Assembly (NCBI RefSeq): GCF_003704095.1
Contig: NW_020843442.1
Location: 310,001 to 374,000, forward strand
DNA length: 64,000 nt
Origin: Pocillopora damicornis
Taxonomy: Eukaryota
Reading direction: 5' to 3'
In this document: piece by piece, positions 33,650 to 44,453 of the stretch
How positions within the stretch are numbered: position 1 is the first letter of the stretch
Layout: each line of letters opens with the position of its first letter
The notes under the pieces: model-generated
Told to the model about the DNA's origin: nothing
The model's database searches: none
The model's input: only the letters and a program-made list of their open reading frames with translations
Position numbers and translations under genes: made by a program

Positions 33650-35482
33650 TTAGTAGAGACCACTACGCAACTCTCCTACATTAGGCAGCTGGTTGATAAA
33701 TTGCTCCAAGTTGATATCAAAGCCTCCATCTCCCATATTTAGTTCATCATATATAATGCTCTCTATGTCACAGTCAAGATCGCCATGAAAGGCATCCAGT
33801 TCTAAATCACTCGGGAACTTTTCATTCATAAATTCCAGTTGATTATTATTTGTCATTCTAACATCTCTAGTGAATGGATGTCCTTGCATAGAATGAAGTC
33901 CATTTTCCATGATGAGTGAACCTGCCCCGACATGCTGAATGAAGGGATCGGTGTAACTGTTAAAGGTCTGATGGTTCTGAGGTATGCTATTAACGCCACA
34001 CTGGTTTCCATTAACATAACTTGGCTGAAAGTTCTGAAACATATTCTCCGGTGCATGCTGCACTTCCATCTCTTGATCGCGACAGAAAATGTCGTTCACT
34101 CGAGCTGGTGTAGTGTTCTGCCGCTCAGGTGGACTTTGATAGTTGCGTCGCTGAAAGCGAGGCTGTAGGGGTTGCGAGTATACACGCCGATCTCGGAAGG
34201 TCGGTTGTGAAGGTGGAATATTCTGAGGGGAGTGTATTTCTGGGCTGAGAGACTGCTGAGGGTGTTGAATGGGTTGTAAATATCCACTTCTATTATAACT
34301 AGTGTCAAAACTGTTCGAAATGCTGGAATTCATACCGTTTGATGCAGTGATAGCGAGCTCATTATGTGGCGGTTCTGACGGAAGTAACGATGGTTGTACT
34401 TGTGTTAAAGTCTGTTTTAATCTATTTTCCGCTGCTAACGAGTTCAAACTCATAGAGTCAGCCATTTGTGTAAGTTCCTCAGCAGCTGGATTCGGGGGGC
34501 TGGAGATGTTGAAATTACCCGGAGGTAAATGCTGATCTTCGACGGATAGTTCAAGTTCATCCACATGAGCCGGTATGGGAGACAAACGACCACCAAGACT
34601 GCTAACTGTCGAAGCATTCGATGATGTTCGCGGCCGAGCAAAGCTTTCGCTAAGAGGGAAAGGTAACGGCGACTCGGACTCTGGGATTGTGAGCAACGAG
34701 TCAGAACTAGAACTGTTAGTCGGCGAGACATTCCCCGGAGAGTTTGCTCTACCGTCACGCGCGCGATTCACCGACAGTCGAGGACTTGAAGGAGACTCGC
34801 CGTCTTCTTCTTTAATTTTCTCCTTTTTCGTTCGCCCTCGCTTTCTCTCTGATTTAGGGGCCGAATCAAGAGAGCCTGAACGCCTACGACTCGTTTTGCC
34901 TCCTTTCGCATCGGGGTTAAGCATCCACCAGGAGCTCTTGCCATTGCCCTCGTTTTGTACTCTAACAAACTTGCTATGCAAGGACAAATTGTGTCGAATT
35001 GAATTCTGCAACAAAATGACAGGCACACAGACTTAATAATATTAGAATTTGTCGACAGAAAAATGCAGCGAAAGTGAAATTTCAGAGCCACTCAGCTGTA
35101 AAAGAAGTCAAATCATCTGATTGTTCGAATGTACAAGGAAATACGGAATGTATAATAAGCTTACCTTCCAACCAGCCGAACTGTTGCTGTCTCCCTTGTC
35201 CCTGAAATAGGGAACTGTGTTTACCATCCAGTCGTAAATCTGTGAAAGTGTCAACCGCTGCTCTGAGGAGCTCTGAATCGCTTGGGTTATCAAGTCTGCA
35301 TACGACAAGTTTCCCCAGGCATTTTTTCGCGAACTTTTCTTCGGTCCGTCGTTGAGTTGTTTCAAGCTCGGCTGATCGACTTCTCGTTCAGATTTTGTGA
35401 ATTCTGAAGGGTCCGGGAGGGGCCAAGTATTCGAGCGAGGACGGTTGTCTCGTCTTTCCTCTAGATTTGCCGTCTCATCCAT
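33650..35482 (-). CDS. FoxO: Forkhead box O transcription factor (~557 aa, 2 exons)
   Basis: Exon 1 is 35482-35165 and exon 2 is 35005-33650. The 159-bp GT-AG intron sits at the conserved GWK|NSIRHNLSL position. Motifs: GDSNS FoxO signature, three Akt motifs (RPRSNT, RRRSGS, RPRTSS) and a C-terminal CR3 transactivation domain ([10 protein letters not shown]...CDIESII). Confidence 0.97.
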
Positions 35483-35542
35483 TTAATCGTCGTAACAGAA
35501 ACAAACGAAGCTATGCTCTAGGTACCCGCAACAACCAACCAT
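35483..35542 (-). promoter_or_regulatory. uORF (MVGCCGYLEHSFVCFCYDD*) whose stop abuts the FoxO ATG
   Basis: ATG 35542 ... GAT TAA ATG, in frame and with zero spacing. Confidence 0.55.
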
Positions 35543-35589
35543 GAACTCAAAACAGTGAATGTGCTCGGCGATTTGGGAAAAGCAATTTT

Positions 35590-35825
35590 CTTTAAACACG
35601 CCGCGAGTTCGCTATATCGGAAATTGATTCCTACGTGACGTCAGTGGTGTTGTCATTGGTGATAACATTACGAGCCATGATTGGCTTATTACTAAACTTG
35701 ACTGACGGCGGGACCGCCCTTTGTCGTGAACCAATGGAAGGAAATCTGTTCCCGGGAAAATTAACCAATAAGCAGTGGATATATTTTTTAGTGAATACGT
35801 TTCTGCTCGCCCACGCTCCCAATGA
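35590..35825. promoter_or_regulatory. FoxO proximal promoter: full CRE plus five CCAAT boxes
   Basis: TGACGTCA at 35636-35643; ATTGG at 35655 and 35680; CCAAT at 35731, 35765 and 35819; GGCGGGA at ~35707. Confidence 0.6.
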
Positions 35826-38800
35826 TTATATTGTAATTTTTGCCAGCGAACTGGAAACTCGCTGATATAGAATATAGGGTAACCTCACGCGACGTTGTCA
35901 ATCCGCAATTTGCCACTATTGTCGATTCAAAACAACAATCCTTGTCATCGTAAATGAGTTTAAAGTGCCTCGGTTGAATGTTTGACATTCTCAATTGTCG
36001 TAAAGACAGACAGGGTGCCTTGTACGTCATCAGAAAGTATCGGATTTCCTGACTCAGACACTCAAGCAACCGGAAGTCAATATTATAATGCGGTTTGCAC
36101 TCTGTCGTTCTGCGGCAGAGAGTGAATTACATGCTAATAGATTTGTGAAGTACGTAGAATGGCCTTCTAGAACAATTAACTTGCATCTCCCATTGTCTTC
36201 AACATGTGCATTTTTGTGTTTATATTGTGTTTCAATGGAATTAAAATTTTCACTTTGAGGTCCTTTGTTTTATGGCAGGTCTCGAATTTTACCCGCTTAG
36301 CTTAATTTTTTCTCATTTAGGTGTATTGTACCAGGAATTCGACAAAAGACTGGCTACAGTTTTAATACTCGGTCAACAAGAGAAATCAATAATTTAAATT
36401 GTAGACTTCGTTGCGAAGCCCTATATTGCGCGAATGATGGCTAATCTCCGGTTGGTCGTTTGGGTTGTACTTAGATAGAAATAAAACCACTTGATCACAA
36501 ATCGTTGACATTCACCTTGGAGGAAAAAAATCCGTCAAACCTAACTAGAAAATCACGGCAGTTGTGGTTTTTTGGATTGGTCATACCCTAAAGCAGCCGA
36601 GCCATATGGTCTGAAGAAATGTCCCTTCACTGATTTTTGAGAGATTAACAAATGAGCCGGTAAGAGCCTAACAGCACCTCCTCCCTCTTGTGTGTTCAAG
36701 ATTTCTTGTAATCCTGAGGATCTCTAACTTCTAAACGGGTAAGTTGCGCCAGTGGGTCTCCTCAACAGAAAAGGTTTGCCAAGAAAAAGTACATCCTGAA
36801 TTTAAACCTTTGAAATTTCAAGGCTCTTTGCTGATCGGGATAATCAACTAATTGTAGTATTGTGTGTCATTGAATCAAGGCCCAATATTTGTAAGTGTAG
36901 CTTTTTTCGACAGTTTACTCAGTTTTTCATCTATGGCCAGTTTCCTCGCCATTAAAAAATCATCGAATCGATCGACTATTTGAATTGACTTTGTTCTGGG
37001 TAGTCAGCCGTTTTCTATTTTTCTTTTAACCCCGAAAGGATCTAGTCGAGGCCTTGATCACTGAACCTTGGAACACTATAAAACCGGAAAAAGTGGAACG
37101 AAACCCCTTAATACTCAAAGTGTTCAACTTTGTTCGCTTAACAAGTTCAATTCCTCTACAAACCACAGACGACCTTGGCCACCGAAATTGTTACTCTACA
37201 CAGTTCAGGTCGATGATAACAGAATTCCAATGATGCTACAATTTTCACGACTTACGGAAATAAACATAGCAAGAAAGCAAATATCTCGGGAAATATTAGT
37301 GGAATATTATATACATACGATAAAGTTTCTTCACTCGTTATAAGATTTGCAAGAATTTACTACCGCTGTGAAAAGTGTAGCCCCTCAGATACAGTTTCTA
37401 ACGCTTTCTAGATTATTCAAAGTGAGACAACTATCGTCTTAGACGTGACTTTTATTACGTAATAAAATTTTGATAGTAAACACTCAAACATTGTAGAGGA
37501 ATTTGTGGAAGAAGACAGTTGAAAATTGTTGATCATCGTCACACCTTCTGCTAATCACAGATGTCTCCAGGATGACTGAAATATTTTCAAGATCGAGCTT
37601 TTTTGGTCTTTTTATTGCCGGGCGTGATGGTAATTTCTCTGCGGTCCGGCTAAAATAGCTCCTAAATTTCGCAACCCGAGAAGCAATACAAAACAAAAAA
37701 ATTTATATTTTGACTTTAAAAAGTCGTAAGAATACCTTAAGGTGTATGTTGTGATCAATAAATAGGTATAATTGAAAAACACGCTTCTAATAACAGTATT
37801 ACGTAATGATTTTAATAGGGCCATTTTAGCGTTGGTATTTAAAAATTGAAATTTAGGTCGGATCACTTTATTTCATATCCTGATGATCACTTAAAATCAG
37901 GCACTCGGCAGCGTCAATTCACAAAAGTTGAGTGCAATACTCTTAAATTGCAGTGATCACTGGCGTTGGCAACATATTTCATGATTCAGTGTTGCATTTC
38001 GATGCCGACCTTATCAGCTGTGAAGGAAAAGCTCATTTATTACGTCTCATTAATCGGAAAAAATACCAACAACTGTCAACGAGATAATATAGGACGAAGG
38101 ATTGATGTAAATAATGCAACAGGGGAAAAAACGGAAGCTGGACCTGATATTGCAACATTCTTTTACCTATCTCGGTCGGGTAATTAAAGATAGTGTTATA
38201 ATTTCTCAGCCGAGAATAATATCTTCTTTTGAATTGTTTATTTATAACAAAGGCTCGATTTCTTCTCCTTAAAGAAAAATCTTTACATTTTACATCCGTA
38301 TTTGAGTAGTTTTCTTTTGGATATCCTCTTCAACCGCTGAGATTGGGAGGAGCACATTGTCACCCACGCACCCACGCATTGCGTGGGACACCCTCGTGCT
38401 AAGCAGCTCAATTTACTACGTGACTGGCTTGAGGCATCTAATTTTACAACGGAAACAATGTTATCAAAACATCTTGTCTTCGTTTTGATTAGAAAGAATC
38501 TTTGCTAAAACCTTTCAAATCATCCAAAAACGCCGCTATTAATAATATTAGGGTAAAAATTTTAAATCTCAGTCGGTTGAAAATTGGTGCGTCATCCTCG
38601 AAAGCAATGCCATTCAATCAGTACCAGTGGACTGGACTAACGACGTCTGCGGACCATCAGATCAGTGTAGTCTGGAAACCTGCAGGGGGGTCTTTTTTAG
38701 ACTTAAAGTATGTGTTCAAATAATCTTTTATACTCGACCAAGCTAACTGATATTAGTTACCACGCAAATCAAGTCGATTTTGGAAAAGAAAAAGAATTAC

Positions 38801-41800
38801 CAAACACAGCATAGTAGTATTTGCTTCGAGCATGTCAACAAGGAAGATCACACGCAAAATTCCACATTGGGATGATCAAGGTCGAAATTATTTAGAAAAC
38901 GCTTCAGACAGTAAGAATTTCAAGTCGTCAATCCAACATATCAGGATAGACTCTGTTTAAGTAACCACAGACTCTATATAGTTAACAAGTATTAACAAGG
39001 CGGCTTGCTCATCATCTTAAAGTGATCTTATCGTTTTTGCAGTTCTGTGTACCTTGGGATAACAACTGTTCCTTGTTTATAAATAATTACCTAAAGTACA
39101 AATGTTAAGTGTTGAACGGGTGGAACTTGTGTATAACAGGAGAGAGGTTGCGCATCCAGTTTTTGTATCAAAAATTCGATTTTTCACATGTTTAAGCAAA
39201 ACTATTTGACAACAGCTTTATCACCCATTTGTAGCCCCTAGAGATTCAGGTGTGGTATTGTCACATCTGTTTTCAGCCTCGCATCGGCTCAGAATATCGC
39301 ATACTGTTGCTGCATACTATTTGCACCTCTCTTATTAGAGTGACGCAAAGTGAAGGTCACGACCAGCACGGGTGGAAACAAGGCTGTAAATTTTACTTTA
39401 GAAGAGAAACATTCTCAGTGGCCCAGTCGCAAAGGCATTTGATAATTTGACATGCAACATCTGTTTCGATGTCACATTTTACGACCCACAGTTTTCCTTA
39501 GAGATGAATTTCATTCTCTACCACTAAGGCAGTTAGTGCAATTTCCACGCGGTGAATTCTGAATTGGCTACAAAGCCCATCTCAGGAAAAAAAAAGGGGA
39601 GGTCTACGAACGAATCGATTTTTTTCTCACACAATATTAGCAATTAAGTTACAAACATTCGATTAAAATTGAAGTCCCATACAAAAGCGGTGTCTTTTGC
39701 CGCTCTTATCGTAAAGAATTTTACGACAAAAAATGAAGGGTCCTCAATTAAATTAGATTCATTAGTGGAAGGGGAAATTGAGTTGTATACAGAAAGGGTA
39801 GGCGGCTAGCACATGATGAAGCTTGAAGATTTATTAACTTCCTGGTTTGCGTTTTGTGGGTGTAAGATCTAAGTTGTACGCAGAAGGACGCACTCTAGCA
39901 GTCAATATTCCTGGGTCCTCGTTGGTAGTTGTTCCGTGTCCAATCTATAGTTTCCTCTGCGGTTAAAATGGTTGCTGAACTCGGCTTGAGTCCTGAAAAT
40001 TCATTAAATCCATTTGAATAAGTCCGTTAGCGGTTTTTTTCTATTTTTATATTAGAAAAGGGCAAAAAGAATCACCACATACTTAAAGTTTATCTTATCT
40101 CATATTTATCTCATTTGCAGAGTACGATGCACCAAATTAATTGGCTATAGAGCGGTATGAAAGAATTTGATCGCATGCTTGCATTTAAAATACTTTAAGC
40201 TTCACGACAGTGTTGGTTGCTTGCAACTATTACCGGAGTGCTAAACGATTTGAGTTATACTAGCTTTACGTGTTTTCAGCGAAATTAGCACAAGTGCCTC
40301 CTATTTAAGAAGAAAAAGAACGTCTTTGTTAGATAATTATTCAAAATTACCCATGCAGACGAGCACCGAAGCACGTACAGTTTTTTTTTTTTTTTTCTGT
40401 CATCCAGCCAAAAGAAGACTGAAGAAAATAAACAGGTTATTGCACGGAACAGGTGTGAAATACGACTTGATAGCTCGATCAAGCGGCGGTATAAGTCGAA
40501 ATACCCTTTAATTGAGGTAGGGGACCTCGTGTCAGTGAACAAAGCGCGGTTAATAAAACAGATTTGGATGAATGTTTGTGGAATTTCAACAATGAAAAAC
40601 AAGCTTATTGGACCATTTTGAGCGGCAGATCTGATTTCGGTTTCCATCCTCAAATACAAGTTTGTTTACCCACAAGTAAAACCAATCAGTAGCTTTAAAC
40701 TGCGTTTGACACTCACTTAGTCATATTCAACAGTGCTATATAACGATAAATATCGAACTATTTTAAACAACAGAATGAGCGATATAACGATATAACAGTG
40801 TCCTCTATTTGAGATTCGAATGGTTGCGTTAGGTTAGATGGCTGGTAAAATTTTGTTTACAACTTTCCAAAAAAAAAGAATGTTTGTGACTGTTTTGTAG
40901 ACGAGATGTCAACAGCGAGGACCATGGATGGGAAACGAAAAGAAAATTTTGCTCAAGGTTTCCTAGCAGGACGAGAAATAACGCCCCTCTTTTTGCTTAC
41001 CCTGAATAAAAGAGGATTGACAGGTTACAATTTGGAAGCAAAATTGTTTAAAAGTAGCCTTCTCGCCGAAGAAATTTTTTACTTACTTAAAATAGGGAAA
41101 TATGCGAAAAAAATTTCCTACATTTTCATGAAATTAGGGAAATAAAGATGACAAATAATGCTGGCCCTCATCTTAGATAGACGACTGCATGCAGTTTGAA
41201 AACAATGTGGGTTACAGCTCAAACCGCGCGTTCTCAATTATCTCTTTGTTGATAAATGCCCACTTATAGTGTAATTAGCCCCTGAATCACCAAACGTCTT
41301 CTCTTGCACTATGTGGTTTCCGTTTAAAGTGATATGCCCTTAGGATTAAAAGTAAAGCTGAAAGAAAGAGAGAAAGAGAAGGAAAAATGGCATGCAAATT
41401 GACAACACGCTTGGAAGACGCGGGTATGCTGGTAACTTCGAAAAAACCGAAGTTCAGACCTGTTTGCCTCACTCATAGAGAATGAATCAAACTGGTCGAA
41501 GAAAATTAGACAGTCAATATTATAATTTAAGATGATTGATCAGCGCTCAGGAACAAGATAATTAAAAGTAAACATCAGCCTCCTTTGTCTACAAGTTCAT
41601 CGCTTCCCACGATACCCCCCAGACGGAATGTAGGATTTAAGGGATTTAAGGTGAAAGAACTTCCTTCCTGGCAAAGGCGAGACTGGTTACATTTGCTAAA
41701 AGAATGGGTTTTTTGCCGGAAAGTTTTAAGGCCAGATACATGAATAAAGAAGACATATCAAACCGCAACAAGAACGTGCTGTCTCTATTGATAACAGGTG

Positions 41801-43582
41801 GCATTTAGAGCAAGTACCTATGCATATTCTATTAACCTTGCATTTACTGCCGACAGAACGTGATGATCTGAACATGGACGCACACGCACAGCCAATAATT
41901 GTGCGTGATTCGTGTTTATCGTCACTGATATTTTAAAAGGGGTCATGTCACGCTAATTTAAAGGATTAAAACCCACACGAACGTCTCTTACCTAAAAATT
42001 CCGCAAGTGATCCTGTAAAGATCGTTCAAGAACTTGACAAAGGAGAAGAGGAAACAGAGTAATGCTGATAATCAACTCTGGTACGGCGAAACTGACATGT
42101 TTGCTACAAACTACTTTGACTCCTAGAGGGCATCGTTCGTTCCCGCTCGAATTTTTAGACTCAAAATTGGATTAATTTTATCAATTACTGTAAATTAATG
42201 AGTTTAACAACGTGTTCCAAGTTTTCAGTGGATGAATTAGATAGATTTGGGTAAAAATCGCCGGTTGAGAAATAGCGTGAGAATTCAAGCTATGCCGACT
42301 TTTTCATGTTTAGCGACAGCGTCTATGTCAGAAAGGTTAATCATTTGAACCAGACTAGACGTGACAAGATTTGGAATTCAGGAGTATCTTTTATCAGCAA
42401 ACAGGAATGCACAGCGCTGATTGCCGCGCAGATCACGCCATACCGGAATCAGGGATCTAATTGATCCTAAAGCTCCCTTGATGGGGGCAAGGTCACTAGG
42501 GTTGTGGAAAAAAGCACCAGAACAATGCAGAGTGCAAAATTGATCATAACCGCAATAATTCTAAATATAAAACAGGCGTGAAGAGCTTTAAAATAAAAAA
42601 AAACTGATAAGATTCGGGGAATTTTATGAGGAAACAGAGTGGGAGATTAAACAGCAGGAATATCACGATACCACAAGATGTGTGTGTTTGTGTCGGTTAC
42701 TTAGGGTCAGATAAATTATGCTCGAAAATTGGAGCAGCATGCTTATGAGCGTCACCTGAAAACATGGTATTTTGCCGAGAATAATGCTCAAGATGTGTCA
42801 TTATGCTTAATTTATTGATTTAAAATAATAGCTTATGAGAGACCCTCAACCTCCCACCCCCCTCATTTCCTATCACCAAAATGTAAAAATTGCTAAGAAT
42901 AAAAGTCTCATTGAAGTTCAGAACATAACATTTTACAGGATCAAATTCCCAAAGTACAAGCAAGAAAAACAGGCTCACTGTTGACAGTAATTCCCTGTTA
43001 CACTGTAACATCAACGGAATTTTTAAGAAGTTTAGTCACTGTGCCGGCATCATATTCGATGCTCTGACTTTAGCGTTATGCCTAAGAGTTATTCCGGCGT
43101 AATTCATTTGACTTTATATATCGCTCAATTTGATTAAAATTAGAAGGAAACCTTTGAAAGACTTTTTTTTTAGGGTAAGCAAAACTCCTAACAAGAAAGA
43201 ATAAAGCAAATAAAAAATAAAATAAAATAACAATAATATAATAATAATAATAATAATAAAAATGCAAAAAAAAAAGAATCAAAAAATAAATCAAAAGGTG
43301 ATAGGGATGATTCGGAAAGAGGAAAATAAACCAATATGTATGGAAAATAGAAACTGGAAATATATAAGCTTCTTGTTTTATTACAAGCTCAATATTTCCT
43401 GCACAACGAAAAATCCACGCTTTCTCTTATATTGCCTATTTTTAAAACATTCAGACTGGTAAATATTTCCTGAGTGGGTTACCTCGGTCAAAAATAGATT
43501 ATTAAAACAAACTAAATTTATTTTGTTTGTTTTATATGGTTTGAATTGTCACCGGGATGTTCAGCTGGTGGTATATAAAGTT

Positions 43583-43850
43583 TCAATCAATCAATCAATC
43601 AATCGATAAACTTCATTCAACCACAGGCAATTCATCAGCTGTTTACAAAAGGATCAAACTATAACTTCACAGCTATAAATTTGACTATAAATTACACTTC
43701 ATTGAGAAGCTGCTTTCCGTGAATGCCGTGCCTTAGAGAACTTTCCTGATTGCGCTTTTAAACGACGCGAGGGATTCCGCGCACCTAACCTCGAAAGGTA
43801 GGCTATTCCACAAGGTGGCGCCACCATAACTAAAACTTTTTTGGGGACCT
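43583..43850 (-). mobile_element. L2/CR1-group LINE 3' end with a (TTGA)n tail
   Basis: Minus strand encodes KSFSYGGATLWNSLPFEVRCAESLASFKSAIRKVL* (stop 43735-43733), the classic ORF2 C-terminus. A 3' UTR and a tetranucleotide tail (43583-43603) follow. Confidence 0.85.
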
Positions 43851-44259
43851 TCCTCTCGAGGAAAAAAACAACAGATGAGAGTATTCAAGGTCTAAGAGAA
43901 CTGTGATGCCAGGGGAAAATTTTCAAAGCGCGCAAAAAGATCGATCCGGAAATCCTATCACTTGCGGAGGATAATCTGGTTACTTCCTTTGATCTACGGG
44001 AGGTTTCTCAAAATAAGCAAACAAGAATGATATGCCATCTGTCTTTTAACGACCTTTCTATTAACCTTCAACATAACTGTTTAAAGGGGAAGAAAGTATT
44101 TTGTTCGGCTTTCTTCGCATGATATCCTCGAGATCTAGGTTCAGTATCGGCCAATATATTTGTTTTGTTTTTATCCCAAGAGAACTAGAACGGAGAGCCT
44201 AATATGAGTACTTTCCGATAGAGTTTGTAAGTATTGTTGGAAAAAGAGAGAGAAACAAA

Positions 44260-44453
44260 ACCATGTTTCTGGCGCGTCCATGCGCTGTGCCCGCGCTGAA
44301 GTCAGCGGAGAAAAAGAGAGGAATCTGGGTTGAAAACAATAAAAACAATATGGCGGAAAAAATTGTCCACTCCACAAAATTTGGCGATAATATTCATTTT
44401 CCGCCTTGAAAATTTCAAGTCGTGCCCATGCGTGCTGTGATATGTAGGTAATA
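44260..44453 (+). promoter_or_regulatory. REV3L promoter/5' leader with E2F- and YY1-like motifs and uORFs
   Basis: TTCTGGCGCG at ~44267, ATATGGCGG at ~44348 and TTTCCGCC-TTGAA at ~44398. uORFs at 44350-44409, 44428-44451 and an ATG-TAG at 44442-44447. Confidence 0.5.
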
